From a virus: a stretch of 64,000 nucleotides of DNA. This document shows, one piece after another, positions 1-8,219 of the stretch. Location: positions 47,031-111,030 of IMG/VR virus record IMGVR_UViG_3300046514_000687. One strand, written 5' to 3'. The stretch's first letter is position 1; the number at the start of each line of letters is the position of its first letter. The position numbers and the translations under genes are program-made. The notes below the pieces were generated by a model. It ran no database searches. It was given only the letters and a program-made list of their open reading frames with translations, and had not been told where the DNA came from.

Positions 1-35
1 ACGCCTTCCTGGCTCTGCTACGCGGCCAGGACGAG

Positions 36-473
36 ATGCAGCAGGCACTCGCGCGCATCGAGCGCAACCAGGCCACGCTGGGAGCCGCGGTGGCGCGCAT
101 CGAGCTGAAGGAGGGGACGATCATGGCGCTGACCCAGGCGGAGCAGGACGCCATCGCCGCGCTCACGGCGAAGATCACGGAGATCGGCGGTGACGTGGAC
201 GCAGTCGTCGAGGCAGTCAAGGGCAACCTGGTCAACCTCCAGAGCCAGGTGGCGGCACTCACGGAGCTACGCGACCAGCTTCAGGCCAACGATGCGGCCG
301 ACGCGGCGCAGATCGCCTCGCTGAGCACGACGATCACGGCGCTCAACGAGGCCGCGGCATCGTCGGAGTCTGAGGTGCTCGCCGCGCTGCACGGCCTGGG
401 CGGCCACCTCGACGACCTGGACACCCACGTCGAGGGCCTGGCGCCCGCGCCCCCGCCGCCGCCGGCGCCATGA
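36..473 (+). CDS. coiled-coil hypothetical protein (likely start ATG 123)
   Basis: Heptad-rich ORF; GAGG RBS precedes ATG at 123; overlaps next gene (ATGA). Confidence 0.6.
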   Translation: MQQALARIERNQATLGAAVARIELKEGTIMALTQAEQDAIAALTAKITEIGGDVDAVVEAVKGNLVNLQSQVAALTELRDQLQANDAADAAQIASLSTTITALNEAAASSESEVLAALHGLGGHLDDLDTHVEGLAPAPPPPPAP

Positions 474-895
474 AGAACCCCCTGGCGCAGCTTCTCGGCC
501 TGGCTCCGCGGCCCCTGAAGCGCCTGGACCGGCCGGAGTGGACCTGGCGGCAGAGCGGTAAGCATCGCGGGACCGGCGACGGCTGGGCGGCGACGGTTAA
601 GCTCGACCGGTGCCTGACGCTGAACGGCGGCGCGCCCGGGGAAGGCATGGTGATCGAGACCTGGCGGCTGCCGGTCGTATCTTTCGAGGCCCGGCCGCCC
701 GAGGGCCGGATCGCGAACCCGCTCGCGGAGCTGGTGCCGTCGGTCGGCCTCCCGACGCCCAACCTGTTCCGGCCGGTGGGACGCACGGCGTCGGGCGACC
801 CGGTATACCTGGATAGCCGCGGTCGGCGGCGCGTTTACCCGGCCGCGCCGCAGAGCCGGGCTAACCCCGCACTTTCGAATCCGATCCACCGCTAG
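470..895 (+). CDS. hypothetical protein
   Basis: ATGA overlap with upstream gene, GC3-biased codons. Confidence 0.55.
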   Translation: MKNPLAQLLGLAPRPLKRLDRPEWTWRQSGKHRGTGDGWAATVKLDRCLTLNGGAPGEGMVIETWRLPVVSFEARPPEGRIANPLAELVPSVGLPTPNLFRPVGRTASGDPVYLDSRGRRRVYPAAPQSRANPALSNPIHR

Positions 896-958
896 GAGCT
901 GGACGGGGCCGCGAGTTCGGGCAGGCTCGCGGCGCCCGTCGAGCCAGGGGAGGACACC

Positions 959-2092
959 GTGGCAGACCTGGACGAGGCGCGCGGGCGGTTCGAGGCGATC
1001 CAGGCCGAGTGCGACCGCGACGACCTGCGCCACACCGTCATCACGCAGCCCAGCGACAGCATGACAAAGGCCCAGCTCACCCAGCTCTGCCAGGACAACA
1101 ACGCCTTTGCGGCCGACATCCAGGCCGCGCTGGGGATCGTCTGGGAGCACGCCGCGGCGGGGCTAGGCGCGCTGGCCGGCGACCAGCCGGGCCCGCCGCC
1201 CGAGCCGCCGCCCGCCGAGCAGTGGAATGGGCCGGCAGCGGGCTTCTACGGTAGCCAGCACTACGGCTCCGGCGCCCGCGCCTGGGGCAACCTGACGATC
1301 CCCCACGGCATCCCCCGCGGCGCGCTGTTCCAGGTCCACGGCGGGGGCTGGATGATGGGCGATCCCTACCAGGCCGGCCCGCTCGTGGACGCCGTGGTAG
1401 TCGATGACTATGTGCCGCTGCTGGAGGGCCAGTACGGCCTGTCCGAGGGGCACCGCTACGGCCTCCAGGTGATGGCCTCCTACGCGGCGCAGCGCTGGGG
1501 CGTGATCGTCTGGGAGCCGGCCTACAGCTACTCCAGCGGCGATCCGGACGTCTGCCTGCGCGACGTGACGGCGGCGGTCACCTGGCTGCGTCAGCAGCTC
1601 GCCGCGTGGGGCGTGCCGAGCTTGCCGATCGTCTACGCCGGCCACAGCGCCGGGGGGCAGCTTAGCCTGCGCGCCGCGCTGGACCCCGCCCTGCCGGCGC
1701 CCGCCGCCTGGCTCGGCATGGCTGCCGCGGGCCTAACCGTCCACCGCACTGCCGACGTGCAAGACGCGCCTGGCGGTTTCGGCCAGGGCGGCACGGGCTG
1801 GATCTTCCAAACGGCGTGGGGCAACCCGGCCAACTGGCCGAGCTACGCGCCGGACACCCACCTGCACGACCGCGGTGAGCGCTTTCCCCTGTACGTCGAG
1901 CAGGGCAATCAGAACGGCCGGGATGATGGGTCCGTGCTGGTCCGCTGGGCCGCCAACTTCACCCCGCTAGCAGTAGGAGCTGGGTGGCCCACTCAATACC
2001 ACGAGCAAAGTGGCGCTAATCACTTTGCGATCCGGTTTGACCAGTCTCCAACTACCAGAGCGGATATGGACAAGATCTGGTCTGAGGTCTAG
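959..2092 (+). CDS. alpha/beta hydrolase (HSL-like esterase) with N-terminal helical extension
   Basis: HGGGW oxyanion motif, GHSAGG nucleophile elbow, late D and H (DGSV...NH); GGAGG RBS. Confidence 0.85.
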   Translation: MADLDEARGRFEAIQAECDRDDLRHTVITQPSDSMTKAQLTQLCQDNNAFAADIQAALGIVWEHAAAGLGALAGDQPGPPPEPPPAEQWNGPAAGFYGSQHYGSGARAWGNLTIPHGIPRGALFQVHGGGWMMGDPYQAGPLVDAVVVDDYVPLLEGQYGLSEGHRYGLQVMASYAAQRWGVIVWEPAYSYSSGDPDVCLRDVTAAVTWLRQQLAAWGVPSLPIVYAGHSAGGQLSLRAALDPALPAPAAWLGMAAAGLTVHRTADVQDAPGGFGQGGTGWIFQTAWGNPANWPSYAPDTHLHDRGERFPLYVEQGNQNGRDDGSVLVRWAANFTPLAVGAGWPTQYHEQSGANHFAIRFDQSPTTRADMDKIWSEV

Positions 2093-2100
2093 GCGGCACC

Positions 2101-2457
2101 GTGTTCGTAGCCGCTGTCATCGTGGAGAGATTCTCCAATACGCATCACTGCCACCTGGAGACCGTGCCCCCGCGGCGTGGCGAGTGGGGCTGCTTCCTGG
2201 ACCTGAAGTACGAAGTAGAGCGCCACTACGGCACTCAGGTCAGCTTCTACTACCGGGATATCGGCAGTGCGAAGGCCGTGCCGGTGGGCTGGGTCTTCCA
2301 GTGCAACGACGGCGAGGCGGTCATTGAAACCTGGGTCAGCGTCGTCGACGCGGCTACGCTGAAGTACATCGACATCCGCCACCTGGCGGCGCTGATCCCG
2401 GCCGATCCGCCGCATCCGAGCATCCTGCACCCCGCGAGCAGCGGCACGTGGGACTGA
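2101..2457 (+). CDS. hypothetical protein
   Basis: ORF with phage-like codon usage. Confidence 0.55.
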   Translation: MFVAAVIVERFSNTHHCHLETVPPRRGEWGCFLDLKYEVERHYGTQVSFYYRDIGSAKAVPVGWVFQCNDGEAVIETWVSVVDAATLKYIDIRHLAALIPADPPHPSILHPASSGTWD

Positions 2458-2464
2458 CCGCGCC

Positions 2465-2797
2465 ATGGGCGCCGCGTGCCCCCGCTGCGGTGGCTCGCTG
2501 CTGTTCGAGCGCGACGACGCCACGCGCGGCCAGGTGGCGGCCTGCCTGATGTGCGGGGAGCGGCTGTGGCTGAGCGGGATGCCGACCGATTACGCGCCGC
2601 CGATCCGCAGCGGACCGCGCCCGCGGCCGGAGCAGGTACGGGGCCAGATCGACGGGCGGCGGCTGCTGTTCGAGCCGGCGCAGGTGGCCGCCATCCAGGC
2701 GGCGCTCGACGCGGGCGTGCCGGTGCAGCGCGTGGCGCGGCGGTTCGGCTGCGCCTACGAGACGATCCGGCGGATCAAGCGGGGCGAGTACCGCTAG
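2465..2797 (+). CDS. Zn-ribbon plus C-terminal HTH protein
   Basis: CPRC...CLMC; VQRVARRFGCAYETIRRI HTH. Confidence 0.7.
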   Translation: MGAACPRCGGSLLFERDDATRGQVAACLMCGERLWLSGMPTDYAPPIRSGPRPRPEQVRGQIDGRRLLFEPAQVAAIQAALDAGVPVQRVARRFGCAYETIRRIKRGEYR

Positions 2798-2809
2798 GAG
2801 GAGGGGCTC

Positions 2810-3202
2810 GTGGAGTGGCTGATCAGCATCTTCAGCACCGGCTGGGTGAAGGCGGTGGTCGTCCTGATGTTCGCCAACGTCGCCACGGGCATCGCCGTCG
2901 CCCTGTACACGGGCGTATTCGACCTGGGCGACCTGGCGAGCTGGCTGCGCAGCCGGGCCGTGCCGTACCTGCTGGGCGGCGCGGCGGCGAAGCTGGCCGT
3001 CCAGATCGGCGGCGCGGACCTCGGGATCACGCCGGACATGGCCGACGCGGTGTGGGCCTTCGTGATCCTAGCCCTGGTGGGCCACATCATCCAGAACCTC
3101 CGTGAGCTGGGCCTGCCGCTGTCGCAGCAGTTCGGCGCGCCGCGGTCCGACTCGCTGAGCCCGCCCAGCCCGCCGCTCGTCGAGCCACCCCCGCGGCCCT
3201 AG
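2810..3202 (+). CDS. phage holin (holin-4-like)
   Basis: Three hydrophobic segments, NVATGI and IIQNLRELGLPL motifs; AGGAGG RBS. Confidence 0.7.
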   Translation: MEWLISIFSTGWVKAVVVLMFANVATGIAVALYTGVFDLGDLASWLRSRAVPYLLGGAAAKLAVQIGGADLGITPDMADAVWAFVILALVGHIIQNLRELGLPLSQQFGAPRSDSLSPPSPPLVEPPPRP

Positions 3203-3291
3203 TGGTACACTGGGCTCGCCGCTGATCACGGCACGGCAGGCGGCCCGACCCGTCTGCTGCGACGTCTGGGCCACTACGTCAGCCGTCGCCG

Positions 3292-3329
3292 CCGATGCCT
3301 CGTGAGCGCACACACTCGCGAGGCATCGG
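3292..3329. terminator. 15-bp stem-loop between convergent genes
   Basis: CCGATGCCTCGTGAG-8nt-CTCGCGAGGCATCGG; no U-tract. Confidence 0.5.
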
Positions 3330-3334
3330 TGTGT

Positions 3335-3706
3335 CTAGTCGTCGGGCAGCATCAGCGCCCGGCGGAAGATGCCGACGATCTGGGCGTGCTTGGCCGCGGC
3401 CTCCTCCCAGGTGTCCCAGCTCCAGCTCATCTCCGATCCCTTGTCCTCCGGGCCATCCTGCATCTGCAGCAGCGTCTCGAAGAGGGCGACCGGCTGCCCG
3501 GTGAGCAGGCTCTGCGCGCTCTGGCCGAGGAAGACCGTGCTGACGCTGGCGGAGCGCTCGGTGGCCGGGTCTTTCCAGCGCCAGAGGCCGACGCGCCGCG
3601 CCGCGATGTCCTCCACCAGCACTCCCCAGGCGAGCGCGTCCGGCGCCGGCACGGGCGTCTGTCCGTCTAAGACCCAGAGGCCACGGCTGAGCTGCGGGTC
3701 GCTCAC
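3335..3706 (-). CDS. hypothetical phage protein
   Basis: VSTVFLG...LFET...TWEEAAAKH motif typical of small phage proteins; GTGA overlap. Confidence 0.7.
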   Translation of the reverse strand: MSDPQLSRGLWVLDGQTPVPAPDALAWGVLVEDIAARRVGLWRWKDPATERSASVSTVFLGQSAQSLLTGQPVALFETLLQMQDGPEDKGSEMSWSWDTWEEAAAKHAQIVGIFRRALMLPDD

Positions 3707-4356
3707 CAGTGCACGTACTCCCGCGCGGCCAGGAGGTCGGCCGCGAGTCGCCTAATATCCCCACCGCGCTCGCCCTGCAACAGTGCCTGGCCCCCACGGC
3801 GCCAATAAACAGCCAGCATTACAATCTGGCGCCAGATTGCATAGTCGTGCGCCTTCTTAGTCCGTAACGGATAGGCGTCAAAGTGCGGGATAATGGCGCT
3901 GTACAGCACGTCCCGATGGCCGACCTTCCATGTCAGGGTCGGATGTTCGCTAGGAGACACCCGCTTCCCGGCGTAGAGAGCGCCAATGCCGGTAGTCTCC
4001 CGGACTTCCTCAAGAACTGCGCGGTCGTCATCTCGCAACTTGATCTCGAAACAAAGGGTCAGGTGGCCTCTCAGTACCGAGGCCCGAAAGTGTCCCTCGC
4101 CATCGGTCAACCCAGTAAGCCAGGCGCCAAACAAGGGGTCGTAGGCTGGGATCTGCAGTGGCGGCGGCTGAAACTCTGACCTCACCTGATCCGCTCGTTC
4201 TCGTAAAAGCGCCTTCTCACGACGGTAGTAGTAGGTCTTGCGGCTTGCCTTGCGGCAGGTGCGGCAAGCGCGGAATCCATCGGGCGTCCAGTATAGGTTG
4301 CTACCGGAGTACGGATGCCCGGCTGGGCAATGGGTATGCTGCACGGCTCCTACCAC
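3703..4356 (-). CDS. free-standing LAGLIDADG homing endonuclease with N-terminal Cys/His module
   Basis: WLTGLTDGEGHF motif, IPHFDAYPLRTKK; N-terminal THCPAGHPYSGSNL...CRTC; lower GC3. Confidence 0.85.
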   Translation of the reverse strand: MVGAVQHTHCPAGHPYSGSNLYWTPDGFRACRTCRKASRKTYYYRREKALLRERADQVRSEFQPPPLQIPAYDPLFGAWLTGLTDGEGHFRASVLRGHLTLCFEIKLRDDDRAVLEEVRETTGIGALYAGKRVSPSEHPTLTWKVGHRDVLYSAIIPHFDAYPLRTKKAHDYAIWRQIVMLAVYWRRGGQALLQGERGGDIRRLAADLLAAREYVHW

Positions 4357-4643
4357 TGGATGTACTCCAGGGTGGGGTCGCCACCTGGGCGGCGCCTACC
4401 GGTAGCGATGTCTCGATACCATCCGGTAGGCTCTCCCTCTCCACTCCAAAGCTGGAAGGCGACTACAGCCGCCCACAGGTCCGGGTATCAGTAGGTGGCG
4501 TCGTAGGTGATCGCCCGCCGGTCGGCGCTGACCGTCAGCCGCGGCAGCGTGTAGCCGAGGTTCAGGTCGAGCACGCGGCCGTCCGGAAACTCGCGGCTCA
4601 GCCAGCCGCGGTCGGGGGTGCAGGGCGCATAGAGTTCATCCAC
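4350..4643 (-). CDS. 97-aa protein with in-frame TGA at 4488-4490 (candidate selenoprotein or readthrough; otherwise pseudogene)
   Basis: MDELYAPCTPDRGWLSREFPDGRVLDLNLGYTLPRLTVSADRRAITYDATY[TGA]YPDLWAAVVAFQLWSGEGEPTGWYRDIATGRRRPGGDPTLEYIQW; GGAG RBS; hairpin just 3' of the TGA; not in ORF track. Confidence 0.7.
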
Positions 4644-4866
4644 GGTTTCTCCGATCCACGACCGCCTGCGCGATCGCCTCCCGCGTCGCCTCGCAGACCG
4701 GCGCGACAGGCAGCTCGCGCGCGACGGCTAGCGCAATCACGGCACACTTCAGGCAGAAGCGGCCCAGCTCGCCGCCCTGCCCGGCCACGACGGCCAGGAC
4801 CGCGCTGCGCCGGCAGCGGCCCGCGTCGCAGCGGCGCACCAGGGGTGCGAGGTACGGTTCGGGCAT
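4636..4866 (-). CDS. small Cys-containing hypothetical protein
   Basis: GGAGG RBS before ATG 4866; CDAGRC...CLKC. Confidence 0.6.
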   Translation of the reverse strand: MPEPYLAPLVRRCDAGRCRRSAVLAVVAGQGGELGRFCLKCAVIALAVARELPVAPVCEATREAIAQAVVDRRNRG

Positions 4867-4874
4867 GATGCCTC

Positions 4875-5030
4875 CTACGCACAGCGCGAGCAGATGCGAG
4901 CGTTGCCGGGCGCTCGCCACAGCGGACACTGTCGCGCCTCGAACACGGCATAGGAGCAGCGCCAGGCCGCCCCGCAGACCGGGCAGCGGTGAGTATGCGC
5001 CGCGACGTCACGCTTGCTGCGGTGGCCCAT
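4875..5030 (-). CDS. small Zn-finger-like protein
   Basis: GGAGG RBS; HRCPVC...C...C...CSRC. Confidence 0.55.
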   Translation of the reverse strand: MGHRSKRDVAAHTHRCPVCGAAWRCSYAVFEARQCPLWRAPGNARICSRCA

Positions 5031-5448
5031 CGGTGACCTCCTCCTCCGCCGGCGGGGTCCGCCAGTCCGGCACGGCGAGCCCGTAGGACTCGGCGAGGTA
5101 GCGCACCGCCAGAGCCTGCACGTCAGCGGTGCGGAGCCCCAGGTCGGCGGCAAGCTGCTGCTGCGTGCCCAGCTCCTCGTCGTCGGCGGCCCAGGTGCGA
5201 AAGGCCAGGTCGCGCGTCGGCCAGCGCACCATGTAGCGCTGGATCGCCGTCACGTCCGTCTCAGGAATCGCGCGCTGCGCCAGCGCCGCGAGCGCCTGCC
5301 GGATCACGAGGCTGCGGGACCACTGCGCGTCGAGAGCCAGGTGGGCCAGGGGCGCGGTCAGGCGCTCGATGAGCGGCTCTACAAGCGCCATCATCTCGGA
5401 GTCGATCCACCACCGCGCCTTGACGCGGTGGGCTAGTTCGGTTTCCAT
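5008..5448 (-). CDS. putative tandem ribbon-helix-helix DNA-binding protein
   Basis: SRSLVIRQAL and LGLRTADVQALAVRYL resemble RHH helix-B signatures; divergent from promoter element P1. Confidence 0.45.
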   Translation of the reverse strand: METELAHRVKARWWIDSEMMALVEPLIERLTAPLAHLALDAQWSRSLVIRQALAALAQRAIPETDVTAIQRYMVRWPTRDLAFRTWAADDEELGTQQQLAADLGLRTADVQALAVRYLAESYGLAVPDWRTPPAEEEVTDGPPQQA

Positions 5449-5453
5449 GCGTG

Positions 5454-5522
5454 CCTCCTCGCGGGTTGGCTAAACCCGCTACCTCATTATAAACTATCTC
5501 GTTACCCCGCGAGGGTACCTAC
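5454..5522 (-). promoter_or_regulatory. leftward promoter (TATAAT 5486-5491), 19-nt leader hairpin, degenerate GGTACC-N7-GGTAAC box
   Basis: Minus strand reads GTAGGTACC-CTCGCGG-GGTAAC...TATAAT-GAG-GTA-GCGGGTT-TAGCC-AACCCGC-GAGGAGG-5nt-ATG. Confidence 0.65.
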
Positions 5523-5592
5523 TGGCCATATCACGCGGGATGGGTTATAATCTAGCGTAGGTACCCACATGGGGTACCGCAGCCGCAGGAGG
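5523..5592 (+). promoter_or_regulatory. conserved promoter/leader element P1
   Basis: TGGCCA-17-TATAAT-CTAGCGTA-GGTACC-CACATGG-GGTACC-GCAGC..GGAGG. Confidence 0.9.
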
Positions 5593-5600
5593 AACGCCAG

Positions 5601-5771
5601 ATGAACCGCCCAACCCACCGGTGCGCCAGGTGCGGCACCGCGACTAACCACCCGACGTGGGTCGCCCACCGCCCCTACTGCGCTGCCCACTACCGCCTGG
5701 TCGCCGTCCCCTACTGCAACGGGTCCACTCCGTGCAGCCCGCAGTGCCCCACGCCGCGCAGGGAGGCCTAA
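5601..5771 (+). CDS. 56-aa Cys-rich protein (not in ORF track)
   Basis: MNRPTHRCARCG...YCAAH...CSPQC; directly after P1 RBS. Confidence 0.65.
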   Translation: MNRPTHRCARCGTATNHPTWVAHRPYCAAHYRLVAVPYCNGSTPCSPQCPTPRREA

Positions 5772-5773
5772 CC

Positions 5774-6085
5774 GTGGCAAGCAAGGCTCAGCACCGCCGC
5801 TGGCACCGCATGTGGGTCGAGGATGCCCGACAGCGCGAGGACGACGCTTTCGTGATCGTCGCCACGGGCCTGCGCGGGGAGGCCTACACCCCCGACTGGA
5901 TGAGCGGGACCACCTTCGAGGACTACGAGGCCGTCTACGCCCTGCTGGCCAGCCCCTACGGGTACGAGGACCGCAGCGAGTACAGCCGCATCGACGTTTA
6001 CACGGGTTCTCGCGCCCGCGAGTACGAGATCACCACCTGGGTCGATCCCGTCTGGTCGTGGGTGCGCCCCGAGGAGGTGAGCTAG
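5774..6085 (+). CDS. hypothetical protein
   Basis: GGAGG RBS before GTG 5774. Confidence 0.65.
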   Translation: MASKAQHRRWHRMWVEDARQREDDAFVIVATGLRGEAYTPDWMSGTTFEDYEAVYALLASPYGYEDRSEYSRIDVYTGSRAREYEITTWVDPVWSWVRPEEVS

Positions 6086-6358
6086 ATGGCCGCCAAGACT
6101 CCCGCCCGCGGGTACGTCACCGCCGCGCTGGCCCTCCGGGGCCTGCACCCCAACCGGCTGAGCCGGTCGGCCAAGACCGGCCGCTGGACCGCCCGCTGGA
6201 GCTACTACTACCGCCACGGGCGGGACTCCGAGAGCTTCGCCGAGCGGGTCGGCGAGGTCTTGGGCGCCAACGTGGTTGACCACGGGGACCGCTGGGCCCC
6301 CTGGCCCCGCGACAGCTACTGGTGGGTCGAGTTCGAGTTCACGACGGTGGAGGACTAG
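6086..6358 (+). CDS. hypothetical protein
   Basis: Abuts neighbours, GGAGG RBS. Confidence 0.65.
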   Translation: MAAKTPARGYVTAALALRGLHPNRLSRSAKTGRWTARWSYYYRHGRDSESFAERVGEVLGANVVDHGDRWAPWPRDSYWWVEFEFTTVED

Positions 6359-6700
6359 ATGGACCGCGACTACGGGAGCCTGCAAAACCTGCTCGCGGGG
6401 AACGCCCGCAGCGCCGAGCCGGTCGTCGGGGAGGGGGCGACCATCATCTGGTGGAGCGACCGCTTCCCCGCCACGGTCGAGCGCGTCAGCCCGAGCGGCA
6501 AGACCGCCTGGCTGCGCGAGGACCGCAGCATCCGCCTGGACAGCCACGGGATGAGCGACAGCCAGTCCTACCGCTTCGAGCCCGACCCCGCGGGCCGCGA
6601 GTCGGTTGCCAAGCGGAAGCGGGACGGGCGCTGGAAGACCACGGGCGGGCAGGTCGTCCAGTTCGGCAGCCGCAGCCGCTTCCTCGACTACAGCTTCTGA
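6359..6700 (+). CDS. hypothetical phage protein
   Basis: GEGATIIWWSDRFPATV...RKRDGRW...YSF pattern; RBS. Confidence 0.7.
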   Translation: MDRDYGSLQNLLAGNARSAEPVVGEGATIIWWSDRFPATVERVSPSGKTAWLREDRSIRLDSHGMSDSQSYRFEPDPAGRESVAKRKRDGRWKTTGGQVVQFGSRSRFLDYSF

Positions 6701-6740
6701 GTTCGACTCGATTCGATTCTATTCGCGCCGGAGGATAACG

Positions 6741-6923
6741 ATGATCTACACCCAGGACGAGCTGGAGGACGCCGTGGCCGAGCTGGCCGACGAGGACCCG
6801 TCGAGCTGGCCGGTCGCCTGCCGCGGGCGGTGCGCGCGGGCCGGCGGGTGCGACTGCGAGGTCGAGACCGACGGCGAGTGCTCCCACTCCTGCCCCAGCA
6901 TCCTGCTCGCCAGCGGTTTCTAG
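6741..6923 (+). CDS. small Cys-rich protein
   Basis: GGAGG RBS; CEVETDGECSHSCPS. Confidence 0.6.
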   Translation: MIYTQDELEDAVAELADEDPSSWPVACRGRCARAGGCDCEVETDGECSHSCPSILLASGF

Positions 6924-6928
6924 CGGAG

Positions 6929-6999
6929 TGGTCAGGACCGCACGGCATGGGTTATAATCTAGTGTAGGTACCTCACAGGGGTACCGCAGCACAAGGAGG
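6929..6999 (+). promoter_or_regulatory. conserved promoter/leader element P2
   Basis: TGGTCA-18-TATAAT-CTAGTGTA-GGTACC-TCACAGG-GGTACC-GCAGCACAAGGAGG. Confidence 0.9.
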
Positions 7000-7004
7000 A
7001 ACCG

Positions 7005-7163
7005 ATGTCTCAGCAACTCCGATGCACCGCCGCCGTCACCCTGAAGATGCGCGGCTGGCGCCCCTGGGTCCTTCCCTGCGGCCGGCCGGTCCCCGCGGGC
7101 AATCGCTGCCCCGAGCACGCCGCACAGCAGCGGCTCACCGTCAAGCGCGCGCGGCGCGGCTAG
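7005..7163 (+). CDS. 52-aa Cys-containing protein (not in ORF track)
   Basis: MSQQLRCTA...CGRP...RCPEH; after P2 RBS. Confidence 0.6.
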   Translation: MSQQLRCTAAVTLKMRGWRPWVLPCGRPVPAGNRCPEHAAQQRLTVKRARRG

Positions 7164-7172
7164 GAGGAGCCG

Positions 7173-7391
7173 ATGCGCCAGGAAACTCGCTGCCAGTGCG
7201 GGTGGGTCGGCTACCCTCGCCACCTCGACGCGCACATCCGCGTCGAGCACCACGTCGGCGACCCGCCCCCTAAGCGGCCCGGCTTTCGCGCTGCGCTCGA
7301 CCACTGCAAGCGCAGCGCGGGCCACGGGCTCACCTTCAGGACCTGCGACGCGCCGGAGTGCGTCGCTTACTGGGATGCCGCTGGCCGCTAG
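7173..7391 (+). CDS. small Cys/His-rich protein
   Basis: AGGAGG RBS; CQC...H...H. Confidence 0.6.
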   Translation: MRQETRCQCGWVGYPRHLDAHIRVEHHVGDPPPKRPGFRAALDHCKRSAGHGLTFRTCDAPECVAYWDAAGR

Positions 7392-7414
7392 GCCACCTAC
7401 GCGCGTGAGAGGAG

Positions 7415-8191
7415 ATGGACATGGCTGAAGAACGAGGGTGCGGCGAGCGGATCGCTGGCGGGGTGTACCTGGAGACCCGCCTGTCGCCCACGGGTCACCC
7501 ACTAGAGTGTTTCTTCATGGACCCGCCGGGGCCGGTGAACACCGGCGGGCTGGGCATCACGCCCCGCGGCGTGAGCCTGATCACCGGGGAGGGCGGCGTC
7601 ACCCACGTCTGGGACCTCGTCGGCGGCGACAGCTACCCCAACGTCGCGGACATCATCGAGGAGGGCCGGCGCCTGGGGTTCAGCCGCCGCATCGCCAGCA
7701 CGGCCGACTTCAGCCGCCTCACGCGGTCGTCGCGGCTGATCCTGCTCCACCCCCGCGCGATCATCTTCACCGATCACCAGCGGTACCTCGACGCGGAGCA
7801 GACCATCGACGGCCTGCTGCGCTCCTGCTGCCCGCAGGTCGTCGCGGGAGAGCACTGCGGGCGCCGCCTCGGCCCCGCCCACCCCACCGCGCCCGACCGC
7901 CTCTGCGGGCGGTACTGGTACCACGACATCACCGGCGGGGTGGAGCCTGACGCGGCCGACAGCGAGAGCGGCCGGGCCGTCGAGGGCGAGGTCCAGCGGA
8001 CGGTCGGTAGGACTCGCTACTTCGCCTACCCCCGCCCGGAGGGGTGCGTGCCCGAGTACCGGGTGGGGATCATCGGCGCCTTCCCAATCAGCGGCCTGGC
8101 CGTCGTTGCCGATCCCCTGGAGGGAAAGCACGAGGAGGGCTACGCCGCCGCGAAGCACAGCAGCCTGCCCGTCACCATCGAGCGCGACTAG
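7415..8191 (+). CDS. hypothetical protein
   Basis: 258-aa ORF, RBS, GC3 bias. Confidence 0.7.
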   Translation: MDMAEERGCGERIAGGVYLETRLSPTGHPLECFFMDPPGPVNTGGLGITPRGVSLITGEGGVTHVWDLVGGDSYPNVADIIEEGRRLGFSRRIASTADFSRLTRSSRLILLHPRAIIFTDHQRYLDAEQTIDGLLRSCCPQVVAGEHCGRRLGPAHPTAPDRLCGRYWYHDITGGVEPDAADSESGRAVEGEVQRTVGRTRYFAYPRPEGCVPEYRVGIIGAFPISGLAVVADPLEGKHEEGYAAAKHSSLPVTIERD

Positions 8192-8219
8192 GCGCACCAC
8201 CCGCGCAAGGAGGAGAACC

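Noticed and set aside
3703-4490. Group I intron around the LAGLIDADG gene
   Set aside because: The endonuclease overlaps both neighbouring genes, leaving no room for a ribozyme core; the upstream hairpins lie within the readthrough coding frame
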